Shown here: positions 29,426-38,514 of the stretch, piece by piece
Layout of the letters: every line of letters starts with the position of its first letter
Numbering within the stretch: the first letter of the stretch is position 1
Source of the DNA: a virus
DNA: 64,000 nt
IMG/VR virus record: IMGVR_UViG_3300033047_000016
Strand: one strand, 5' to 3'
Notes under the pieces: model-generated
Databases searched by the model: none
What the model was told of the DNA's origin: nothing
The model's input: only the letters and a program-made list of their open reading frames with translations
Translations under genes and position numbers: made by a program

Positions 29426-32400
29426 TTATGGGGCCAACCCAACTTTGCGTGGAAATCCTCGACCTACTTGTGCACTTAGTTGGTACACTACCACATATAT
29501 AGTGTCAGCCAGCGTGATACCTTCTGCGCCTAATTCAGCCGCAGTAACCACAGCCTGTTCGCTGTTGACAACTTTCCGCTGTAAGTAAGTTGAAGCATTT
29601 AATGGATCAAATGCTGCCAAGCTGGCTGGAGTGGTGCCAATTAAATAGAATTCATATGCTTCGGTATCTTCGTTCAGTGGAACAGTTTCCACACCAGTAC
29701 CAAACATATTCCACTCGCCACCAATACGCGTGCGGCGATTCCACTCAATTGTAAGGTCAGTACCATCATCACTGCGCACCAGATTGCTAGGAGCATATGG
29801 CTGCAAGTCCCTTCCAACGAACTCCGCACTTATTGAGGTTTGCGCCCCCAGTAAAGCACCACGGGATACGGCTTTAAAATATTGTGTTGAGCCAATTATG
29901 GCAAGAGGGTTCACCTGTGGAAGAACACCAGAATCCTTAAGAAGAATGAAGAATTCACCATCTATGTGGTCTTCTACCATATAATCGGTACCACGCCGTC
30001 CACGTAATAATGTGTCTAATGTGACTGTCCCATTTCCATTGACAGTCACATTTTGGAATTGTAGAATTTCCCCTACACCACTTTCCGCGTCCCACACCAA
30101 AGCACGGTTAGTTTCGTTATTAAGCATGTCGTCGTATGTGGTTGAGGTGATATCACCGTTATCTACAGACAGTACAACAGTTATCGTGTTTTCAGTATCC
30201 AAAGTCCACAAAGATCGTGGGGCGCGTAGCGTTGTAGTAACCTGTCCCCAAGTCACGTCTGTGATTGCCGTGTCGAATGTGGCGTACGTATTAGCGTCTG
30301 GAGACTGATACAAATCGGCGCTTAAGAACTGCACAGTGTCGGAGCCTACAGATGCGTAAAAACGCGAAGACGCCCTAGACAGGTCGTGGTAGTCGTACAG
30401 CAACGGAATATCGAAAACGAACATCTTCGAAAACACTGGCGTAATTATTGAGTTGATAGGAATGTTCGACGAACTGATTGGTGCATTTATTTGCGGCACA
30501 TACACCGGATCACCTGATCGTGCAGTGTCAAGCTCTATCTCAAAATTGGCCCCCATGGTTGTACGCGCTATACGATCAGTAAGAATACGCCCGTCATTAA
30601 GCGCGTACTCTATTATATCAGTAGGGTCCAGATCGGCATGCGTCCACGCTATGCTTGCTTTAGTTGTGTCGCGAGACATCCATGTCAGATATAGAAGTCT
30701 TTGTGCAATATCTTTAGCTTCATTTTCTTGTAGCACTAAAGGCATTTCAATGTTGTGTATTTTATCAGAATACATTACCGGTGCTGGCTGAGATATACGG
30801 CGCTGGTGCGCTGATCCTTGCTGATAATCACGGTCTTGATCAACGTATATCATCGCAATTTCTGAAGGTAAGTCGTATTCAGGGTGACGTGTTTCCAACA
30901 GAAAAACATCCCCGGTTGCGGCTTTTACTGGCCCCAGTTCATCCTCATTTATTGTACGTACAGCCGTTGTTGTTTTACTTCTGAATACAATTTCCCAATC
31001 AGATTCAATGCCATCCACAAAATGGGCCACAAGCAAACTTTCCAGCGCCTTACGACCTGTTACCGGTCTACCGACTGAGTAACCTCTTACAGCGAAGTCT
31101 CCGACTATATTTGAGACGTTGAATTCATCTGCCTTCATGCCTGAACGTTCACATATGTCTGTAATAATAGTCGCCAGATCAGTACTGTAAAGGCTGGCAC
31201 TTAGCCTAGAAAATTGGACGCGATTAGGTACTCCACCAACCCATGTGAATAATGACGCACTATTGCCTGTGTATATTTGTGCCGCTTGAGACACTGCCGC
31301 AGATAGAACACCAGTGAATTCTGTAGAAGACCCATCGGACACATCTATAGATATTACTGAGGTACCATTAGCGTACGCTAATACACTGGTGTTAACAGTT
31401 GACCTTTGCATGCCAGATTTATCGTTGGGTGGGGCAAGGGATAGAGTCTCAGAGTATAGTTCGTATGGATCACTAACCGTGCCTTCCGCATCTGGATCAA
31501 AGCGTTTTATCTTGCCCGCACCGCCGGAGCTTAGCAAAACCAAAACTGACCCAGTCGAGCTATCATATATTACCGATTTTGGTCTTTCACCAGTGCCTAC
31601 TTCGTTGATTAGTGTGGTGAACGCTATGGTTGGAGTAGTTGCGTTGTTAGCACTGAAGTCTATGTCTATTAGATATAGCGTCCATGTCGCGCCATCATCT
31701 GCCGCCCAAAATACTTTAGACTTTCCGGGGGTACCTCCGCCAGAGGCCATAGGACCAGCACCAACGGCACTAAATACATCTGATCCAACCCCCCACACAA
31801 CAGTGGTGAAAACACTCCCGACGTTGTACACATAAAAGTCACCAGAAGCGTTGCAACCTGCGATTAGGGTTCTACTAGCATTGACCCCAGCCGAGCACGC
31901 ATAGGTTATAGCAGCAGCACCAGAATCCATAGTCGGAGTAGTGTAAGAGTACCACGCGCCTGTAGCAGCACCAAGTATCGCTAAGGATGTATTGGCTACA
32001 GTGCCTATAATATCAGTTGTTGCTTCTCCAGTACGTGACAAACGTACAATGAAATTACCAGCCGCGTCCGCGCCTAATATTTCTTCCACTGTAGCATTTA
32101 CCGTTTTCGGACTTTGTCCCCGGTCTTCTGGCGGTGCAGTTATTGCTTGCGTCGCAGGGCGGTCTAATGTTTCTTTTAGGCTTGTACTACTGAACCTGCG
32201 TAAGGTGGTTCCACTAATCACTAACAAACTAGAAGATATATTGTCCACACCGACGGCTGAAACTGGCACAGAAGTATCAGCAGATATTTCAGTTATAACA
32301 GTTTCGACTATGGTATCTTCTGGGTCAATTAATAGATCAGTAGTCCACACAATTTCAGCCGTTATGTTTGGCAGTCTGTTACCAAAATCTTCCAGCGGAA

Positions 32401-33151
32401 TATCGTCGAATATGACATAGCAAAATTCTTTATAAGACGGCGTGAACATGTAATCAGGAGGTGTCCCGCCAATGGTCTCAGCATCCGTCTTGAGTGTCGT
32501 AAGGTGGGCCGCGTATATTGCCGAGCGCGGATCGGCGCTGGCCTGTGTTTCCACAATAAGATCGGCGATAGTTCTGAACGAGGATTGTGGCCCCGTACCT
32601 TCGTTAACGTCTGGAAGACCGGCTAAACGCCGATTAATGGAGTCTTCCATTATGGAGTCAACACGTTGTGATGGGCCACCAGTCTTGAATCTGAAGTTAT
32701 ATTTGTCGTTCTGTATATCGCCAGCCCCGGTAGCATCATATATGATTTTACCATCCGCCCACATTCGTAATAGACTTTGTGCTGGGGCGCGCCCAAACAC
32801 TACAGAGAAAGACGCTGAGTAGGAATAGGTCGTGGACGTGCCGCCGCCGCCGCCACCTTTACCTCCACCAGTTTCCGTCACTGTCTTCGTCTCTTTAAGT
32901 CCCCCAGCCCAAAACACGTTACCAGCCGAGCGGGTTACCCCGTAGTGGTGTGGTATTGACTTACCAAGATTGGACGCCGTAATATCGGTGTCACCAATCT
33001 TTGGGCCTTCTTGACTCGGACCATCAGGCGCGAAAATGAATCCGCCAATAGCGGAACCAATAGCGAACCCAACTGACGGTCCTACTCCGATGTACGTACC
33101 AATAACGGCACCGACTACACCTAAAGCTATCCGTCCAACGCTACTAGACAT
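29426..33151 (-). CDS. Central tail tip/host-specificity protein (RcGTA g15-like)
   Basis: GNVFW, GGKGG, RMWADGK, LEDFGNRLPNIT, LLRGRRGT, WNRRTR. Confidence 0.85.
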   Translation of the reverse strand: MSSSVGRIALGVVGAVIGTYIGVGPSVGFAIGSAIGGFIFAPDGPSQEGPKIGDTDITASNLGKSIPHHYGVTRSAGNVFWAGGLKETKTVTETGGGKGGGGGGTSTTYSYSASFSVVFGRAPAQSLLRMWADGKIIYDATGAGDIQNDKYNFRFKTGGPSQRVDSIMEDSINRRLAGLPDVNEGTGPQSSFRTIADLIVETQASADPRSAIYAAHLTTLKTDAETIGGTPPDYMFTPSYKEFCYVIFDDIPLEDFGNRLPNITAEIVWTTDLLIDPEDTIVETVITEISADTSVPVSAVGVDNISSSLLVISGTTLRRFSSTSLKETLDRPATQAITAPPEDRGQSPKTVNATVEEILGADAAGNFIVRLSRTGEATTDIIGTVANTSLAILGAATGAWYSYTTPTMDSGAAAITYACSAGVNASRTLIAGCNASGDFYVYNVGSVFTTVVWGVGSDVFSAVGAGPMASGGGTPGKSKVFWAADDGATWTLYLIDIDFSANNATTPTIAFTTLINEVGTGERPKSVIYDSSTGSVLVLLSSGGAGKIKRFDPDAEGTVSDPYELYSETLSLAPPNDKSGMQRSTVNTSVLAYANGTSVISIDVSDGSSTEFTGVLSAAVSQAAQIYTGNSASLFTWVGGVPNRVQFSRLSASLYSTDLATIITDICERSGMKADEFNVSNIVGDFAVRGYSVGRPVTGRKALESLLVAHFVDGIESDWEIVFRSKTTTAVRTINEDELGPVKAATGDVFLLETRHPEYDLPSEIAMIYVDQDRDYQQGSAHQRRISQPAPVMYSDKIHNIEMPLVLQENEAKDIAQRLLYLTWMSRDTTKASIAWTHADLDPTDIIEYALNDGRILTDRIARTTMGANFEIELDTARSGDPVYVPQINAPISSSNIPINSIITPVFSKMFVFDIPLLYDYHDLSRASSRFYASVGSDTVQFLSADLYQSPDANTYATFDTAITDVTWGQVTTTLRAPRSLWTLDTENTITVVLSVDNGDITSTTYDDMLNNETNRALVWDAESGVGEILQFQNVTVNGNGTVTLDTLLRGRRGTDYMVEDHIDGEFFILLKDSGVLPQVNPLAIIGSTQYFKAVSRGALLGAQTSISAEFVGRDLQPYAPSNLVRSDDGTDLTIEWNRRTRIGGEWNMFGTGVETVPLNEDTEAYEFYLIGTTPASLAAFDPLNASTYLQRKVVNSEQAVVTAAELGAEGITLADTIYVVVYQLSAQVGRGFPRKVGLAP

Positions 33152-33575
33152 AAGCTACTCCCATGAATAGGCGGATACTTACCAACCTACTGCGCAATGA
33201 TAATGAAGATTCATCGTAGTCTTGTTCATGCACACGCCGTTTAGGATATGCTTCGGCGTGGATTACTGTGACACGTCCTTCAGAATCTACAGCAAAAATA
33301 CCTGTATGGCAAGGCATGATGGTGTCATTAAATATTCCTATAGAACCATGTATTGGGTTATTTGTTGGCAGGGAGAACTTCTTTATATGCCTGACAAAGT
33401 GTGCACCCGGTTCCCGCCTGTATCCGCTAATATCTTCTCCGGGCAGATCAAAATGTTTGGCTGTCTTGTATAGAAGTCCAACACAGTCGATTCCAGCGGA
33501 CGTGCGACCTTGATGAGTCCACCGCGTACCTATCCACGATCTTGCATAGGAAACTATTTCATCAGGCTTAATCAT
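33144..33575 (-). CDS. NlpC/P60 tail peptidase (RcGTA g14-like)
   Basis: ARSWIGT.W.HQGR...GIDCVGL...HTGI...IHA. Confidence 0.9.
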   Translation of the reverse strand: MIKPDEIVSYARSWIGTRWTHQGRTSAGIDCVGLLYKTAKHFDLPGEDISGYRREPGAHFVRHIKKFSLPTNNPIHGSIGIFNDTIMPCHTGIFAVDSEGRVTVIHAEAYPKRRVHEQDYDESSLSLRSRLVSIRLFMGVAYV

Positions 33576-35161
33576 TATCTTGCATCCGGGGAGCGGTACA
33601 GTTCGTCTTGTCCGGGGATATCCGGCGTACCAAAGAAATTTGTCATATTGCCAAAAATAGCGGCACAACTTATCCTAGTCTTATCGCATCCGGGGTACAT
33701 TGTAAAGTAGTCACCGGATTTTATATTTGCTGGCATGGATAAAAACAATTCTATTTCGTTGGTTGCTGCATCCCAACTTTTGACTTCCATAGCAGCCCCG
33801 GCGTTGGCCCCTGTTTCGAATATAACTGCCCCGCCATTGAACCACGCATCCACGGCGCGGACGTCAGAAACTTCACAAATAAATGTTCTGGCATTTGTTG
33901 CTGATAATACTCTGCCACCGCGAAGCCACGCGTTAGTTGCAACCCACGTAGTTGTTCCGTCCACACCGGCGGCTCCATTATATGACGCAGAGTTTGCGTC
34001 CGTATCCGTCGTGCCTGCTACTGTGCATGTATAATACACATCGTCCGCCGTATAGCTTAAGACGGTAGAGTCTTCAGCCGCATTGATTATAAATCCGGTT
34101 AGATTATCCAAGCGTGCATTGGCATTGGTGGGAGAATCCAGCACGACATTGAAATCGAGTCTTATGTAACGTGTGTTGGCTGGTATGCTTAGGTCAACTA
34201 TCTCTACCTCGATCCACGTTGTTCCTACGTCTGTCAGTGGTGTAGCCTGCCCCGGAGTCACTACCCCGTCGGCGTCGATGAACTGGACATCTAGTTGTCC
34301 TCTGTCAGCATTGTCCCGCCGCCATCCGCGTACTGTTAGATAGCACGTTCCAGCGTCAATCGCGGTCAATGGTACCCCCGCCGTGGTTTCTATATCTATA
34401 TCCTGAGTCAGCGTCCCATCCCCCGGACCGCCTCTGACAGAGTACGTTCCAGAATATACACTACCCGTATTCGGGGCAAAATCTTCGCCCAGACGATTCA
34501 ACCAGTATACTGAAGAATTAAAATGACCAAGTGATCCTGAAATTTCAAAGTCTGGGTCACCGATATTGAGGTTGTAATATTTACCCAACTTATGGGTGCT
34601 GTTTCCAGCGCGGACAATATCCCCGACTACATACGCGGTATTCCTTAAGACATCAGCAGGCTTTATTACGATTCCACATGCAGTCTCACCCAAGTTGTAC
34701 AAACATGTGGCAGAAAAAATGTTAGTATATACGTGTGAAAGTCGCTGCATAATACCACGTAATTCTACCTTGTAGGTATTATTTGGTAGGGTCTGAACCT
34801 CCCCAAAAAAGCCTCTGCGCATTTTCAGGCGGCCACGCGCGGAGTCTATCCAAGGGGTCATAAATACAGTTATTTCAGCGTTATCGAACAGTCCGGCTCT
34901 TAAGTCTTCTTCTGGTAGCGCCAAATCTGATGCAGTCCCAACTATATCCAAATTATCCACTGACAACGAAGAGGTAGTTTCAATCGCTGTACGCTTATAT
35001 GCACCGATTGATGCGTACGTTTTTCCGCCTTGTTGAACGTCAACATCAGCGTCTGTAAAGCGCAATACCTGCCCATCAACACGTGTAATTGTCCAACACG
35101 TGCATAGCGCCGTTACGTCTTTATCTAGGTGCTCCCGGAGGGCTGCTGTTATCGTCTTCAT
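33575..35161 (-). CDS. Baseplate hub DUF2163/BR0599 (RcGTA g13-like) with inserted domain
   Basis: CW.ITR.DG..L.FTD, GLFDNAE, C...LG...C, PGCDK...C...F.N..NFFG.P.IPG. Confidence 0.88.
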   Translation of the reverse strand: MKTITAALREHLDKDVTALCTCWTITRVDGQVLRFTDADVDVQQGGKTYASIGAYKRTAIETTSSLSVDNLDIVGTASDLALPEEDLRAGLFDNAEITVFMTPWIDSARGRLKMRRGFFGEVQTLPNNTYKVELRGIMQRLSHVYTNIFSATCLYNLGETACGIVIKPADVLRNTAYVVGDIVRAGNSTHKLGKYYNLNIGDPDFEISGSLGHFNSSVYWLNRLGEDFAPNTGSVYSGTYSVRGGPGDGTLTQDIDIETTAGVPLTAIDAGTCYLTVRGWRRDNADRGQLDVQFIDADGVVTPGQATPLTDVGTTWIEVEIVDLSIPANTRYIRLDFNVVLDSPTNANARLDNLTGFIINAAEDSTVLSYTADDVYYTCTVAGTTDTDANSASYNGAAGVDGTTTWVATNAWLRGGRVLSATNARTFICEVSDVRAVDAWFNGGAVIFETGANAGAAMEVKSWDAATNEIELFLSMPANIKSGDYFTMYPGCDKTRISCAAIFGNMTNFFGTPDIPGQDELYRSPDAR

Positions 35162-36072
35162 ACTAAAATCTCAATCAATTCTACGTCCAAGTTCAACTGG
35201 TGGAAGTCGTCGTATGCCACTTCAAGGCGATCAGTGTCGAAACGTACTGGAACATCGTATTCAATATAGTTCACCACGACGACACTACCGTTTGCAGGTG
35301 GGTTTGAAAATACTATTTGTCCGCGTGTGTGTAGGATATCGTAATCGCTTCCCTCAAGAAGCTGTGATCCGTCCATGGAAATGTTTGCCGTGAAGAATAC
35401 CGTCTTCTTTATGGTGCGGTCGAACACATGTCCCCCAGATTCATACCTTTTGAATATCTGGAATGTGGTGGTGATCCCGTCTCCGACACCCATGTTCTGA
35501 TTTGTAATCTGGTAATCTGACCAATCCTTGTAGCGGAAGCCTAATGCCCTGCCGCGCATGCCATAGAAGAATACCTCTATTTCGGTAATATCCTCTGGTG
35601 TTGCATTTTCAAATGTGGCGGTGTATCGTGCTCGTATGCGGTCCCACTGGACCTCCAAAGCTGTGAAGCCAGAATCAAATGTGAATACGCTGGTCTTGAA
35701 ACCCGGACCACCCTGTGATCCAAAAGACACACATTCTGGAAATCTTTGCTCGACGAAACTATGTTCCAATCTAAGGTCTTCGAATGGCGGGTAGATCGTC
35801 TGAAGGACAGCGTATCCGGTGGCGCGCGTAATATTGGCTGGGCTGTTACCGAACACGGAATATACCGCGTTGGCGATTATCGCTGCCGGGTTTGCAATGA
35901 CAGTATAGCCCTTAGAATCTACACTAGCGCCTCCTTCGAACGCGGCGTACCCAGCGCCCGTACTGATGTGCGCGAACCCGCTAGATGCAACAGCATACCC
36001 ACGAGAGTCTACACTTGCTCCGCCTTCGAACGCTGCGTACCCAATATGCTTTATGACATCATTAGTTGCCAT
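35158..36072 (-). CDS. Distal tail protein DUF2460 (RcGTA g12-like) with repeated N-terminal extension
   Basis: RFP..S.GSQGGP.F.T, FF..MRGR..GFRYKDW.D, DVPVRFDTD. Confidence 0.88.
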   Translation of the reverse strand: MATNDVIKHIGYAAFEGGASVDSRGYAVASSGFAHISTGAGYAAFEGGASVDSKGYTVIANPAAIIANAVYSVFGNSPANITRATGYAVLQTIYPPFEDLRLEHSFVEQRFPECVSFGSQGGPGFKTSVFTFDSGFTALEVQWDRIRARYTATFENATPEDITEIEVFFYGMRGRALGFRYKDWSDYQITNQNMGVGDGITTTFQIFKRYESGGHVFDRTIKKTVFFTANISMDGSQLLEGSDYDILHTRGQIVFSNPPANGSVVVVNYIEYDVPVRFDTDRLEVAYDDFHQLNLDVELIEILV

Positions 36073-36075
36073 GTG

Positions 36076-37080
36076 TTATTGCGCCAACACACCAGCTTCT
36101 AAGCCAATCAAATCTGCCTCAGTCCATGGGGCCGTGGTAGCAGGGTTGTCGGTCCAGATTGTAAGATAGCTGTCCGGCGTGATTGCATTGGCACTCAAGC
36201 TTGCCCCAGCATAGTCCGTCGAAGCAATGCGCACGAATGGTTGGAAGTCTGTAATCGTCGCACCTACGTCCAACTGGGCCACTGTATCCAGTACCAACGC
36301 ATAGATTACCTTGTCCCCCAAGTCAAATGTTGGGGTAGAGAATACCCAACTTTCTCGATCTGTTGGCGTGGTGGTAGATATAACATCAGAAGCATTATAA
36401 CCGATATCATCAATATTCGTGTAGTCGTTTGTGAACGCGCTGTAGTTACCTACGGCAGACGGGACGAGAATTGCCAACTCCATGCCGACTGTTGGTACCG
36501 CGTCAGAGACAATAATGTCTTGAACATATACGTCTTCCTCTGCTATGGTACGTCTAGGTGCAATGAGAATCTGGGCAGCTTGATTATATCCACCCGCGTC
36601 CGTTAAGGTTGTAGTGAAGCGAAGCTGCTGATTGAAATAGAACGACAACTTCTTGGTGTCGTCCGGGTTGCTAACAGTGGATATTTCTATCCGAATGTCC
36701 CAAACATTGAAATCATTTTCCGCTGCTGGAAATACTTCACCCACAGTAATGGTTCCACCATCATCGTAGGTTATTTGTGTTTCTAGGCCGACGCCTGCCA
36801 CATTATTAGTCACATATTTAAGAGAGCATATTACAGCACCTGTGCTGTCTCTCACTTGTAGATATTCCTGTGGTGCAGGAGACCCAATAGTAGTCGGCGC
36901 AGAGGCTGATGCCATCCTGCAATGCACCCAAATGTCGTCAGAGCCTGTGAAGGCTTTGAACATCTGATTACCTACTGGAACTAGGACTGACCCGCGCCGT
37001 TTATCATCCAGACCTAACACATCCAGAGTATTTTCAAAAATCGCCCACTCGCCCTCTGCGCCGCAAACCAAAAGTGCCAT
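36076..37080 (-). CDS. Virion adhesin-like protein, paralogue of 25557..26507
   Basis: Shared C-terminal pattern with the paralogue; GAGG RBS. Confidence 0.6.
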   Translation of the reverse strand: MALLVCGAEGEWAIFENTLDVLGLDDKRRGSVLVPVGNQMFKAFTGSDDIWVHCRMASASAPTTIGSPAPQEYLQVRDSTGAVICSLKYVTNNVAGVGLETQITYDDGGTITVGEVFPAAENDFNVWDIRIEISTVSNPDDTKKLSFYFNQQLRFTTTLTDAGGYNQAAQILIAPRRTIAEEDVYVQDIIVSDAVPTVGMELAILVPSAVGNYSAFTNDYTNIDDIGYNASDVISTTTPTDRESWVFSTPTFDLGDKVIYALVLDTVAQLDVGATITDFQPFVRIASTDYAGASLSANAITPDSYLTIWTDNPATTAPWTEADLIGLEAGVLAQ

Positions 37081-37136
37081 GTCGTAACCTCATATAAGTT
37101 GCGCTAAATTAACATCATGCGCGTATCTGTGTCAAG

Positions 37137-38483
37137 TTATACCGGGTAAGGAGCCGGTATTTCTATAGTTTCAAAGTCTTTGTGCCTGTTTCGCCCGATG
37201 GTGACCCGTACAGAGTCTATAGCTCCGGCAAATGGCCCCTGCCCACCCGCTGGGGAAGCTAGGCGACCCACTACTAGCGGGGTTACCGCATCATGCACCA
37301 AGTCGCTTGTGCGCCCTGATTGTTGTACAATACCATTAATGCGCAAAACATACCAGCCCGCAGGGGTTCGGTCTATTGTGATGTAATCGAACACGTCAGA
37401 TTGTGCCCCGGTCCATGGATAGTTGATTAAAACATTTTCGGTTAAGCCATCATCCGTTATCACAAATTGCAATTGCTTGTTGGCTAGAGAATAGCGTAAA
37501 GTCCAGCACCTAGTTGCGCCCGATTCGTCCCACTTTCCTATCAAGGTTTGCTGGGCGTCACCACCTGTAGGTCGCTGCGCAAATAACTCAATCGTAAATG
37601 GGACCCCCTGTAATGAGTAATCAGACCCAGCTAAGCTGACATACCCTGTTGTGTTGGTTTTATATGAACCTGACCCATGTACAAATTTAGATGTATCAAT
37701 GACCCCGTCACCATTTAACGTCACAGTGTTTCCTAGCGGGGATTGGTCTATTGTCGTGGTCAAGTTAGCTATATCGTCGAAGTTCAGTATTGCCCGCACA
37801 CTTTCAAAATACGGGTCGCTACCCCCTGCCACATCGTTGGGAGAAAATATTGAGCTATCAGAGAAGCCTGATTTAACCCCAATGAGAGGTAGAGACGTCA
37901 GCGACTGGCTGTTGAACTCGTCGATCACTGCTTGGATAGAATCTATATCAAAACGCACCGGTTCATCGAATTCCATGTTGGAACAATAGATTGGAGTCCC
38001 GTATCCCGGAGCGGCGTTTAACGCTATCTCGGCTGTATCATAGTCTATACTGTAATCAGTGCCTTCGATCATAGAGCCTACCGCCCCTACACCGATGCCT
38101 GTGACTGAGCCTTGAACGATCTTTCGCAAACGCTTATAGTGCCTAGACCCTTGAAATCCGTAGAACTTCCACATAGGAAGAATAGTACTTATACCGTCTC
38201 CCGTGGCTATTGGGGCGTTCACCGTGCGGTAATTGCCCCAATTTTTATAGCGAAAGCCATGTGCTTGCCCCTGTCTCGCGTTGAAGAATTCTAATACCGC
38301 CAACATCTGCACATCTGTCTTGATGCCGTATGCGACGTTGAAGTGCATTTGAGGCTGGCACCAATCTATATTGCGCTTCTCATATCCACGAAATGATTCG
38401 AATACCTGAGTCTTAAACTCAGGACCTCCGCTGGAACCCCAGCTTACATTTTCAGGAAAGCATACATTGTGAAAACCAAGCAT
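37137..38483 (-). CDS. Distal tail protein DUF2460 plus LamG/ConA-like domain
   Basis: GSSGGPEF.T, FFNARQG...GFRYK, FDEPVRFD; C-terminal FTIE...GAIDSVRVT. Confidence 0.85.
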   Translation of the reverse strand: MLGFHNVCFPENVSWGSSGGPEFKTQVFESFRGYEKRNIDWCQPQMHFNVAYGIKTDVQMLAVLEFFNARQGQAHGFRYKNWGNYRTVNAPIATGDGISTILPMWKFYGFQGSRHYKRLRKIVQGSVTGIGVGAVGSMIEGTDYSIDYDTAEIALNAAPGYGTPIYCSNMEFDEPVRFDIDSIQAVIDEFNSQSLTSLPLIGVKSGFSDSSIFSPNDVAGGSDPYFESVRAILNFDDIANLTTTIDQSPLGNTVTLNGDGVIDTSKFVHGSGSYKTNTTGYVSLAGSDYSLQGVPFTIELFAQRPTGGDAQQTLIGKWDESGATRCWTLRYSLANKQLQFVITDDGLTENVLINYPWTGAQSDVFDYITIDRTPAGWYVLRINGIVQQSGRTSDLVHDAVTPLVVGRLASPAGGQGPFAGAIDSVRVTIGRNRHKDFETIEIPAPYPV

Positions 38484-38514
38484 ATCTGTTGCGTACCATC
38501 TTTTCTTCTGCCCG

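Noticed and set aside
29426-38483. Gene transfer agent
   Set aside because: GTA-like tail genes sit in a full phage with its own replication genes, a different head module and a long tape measure
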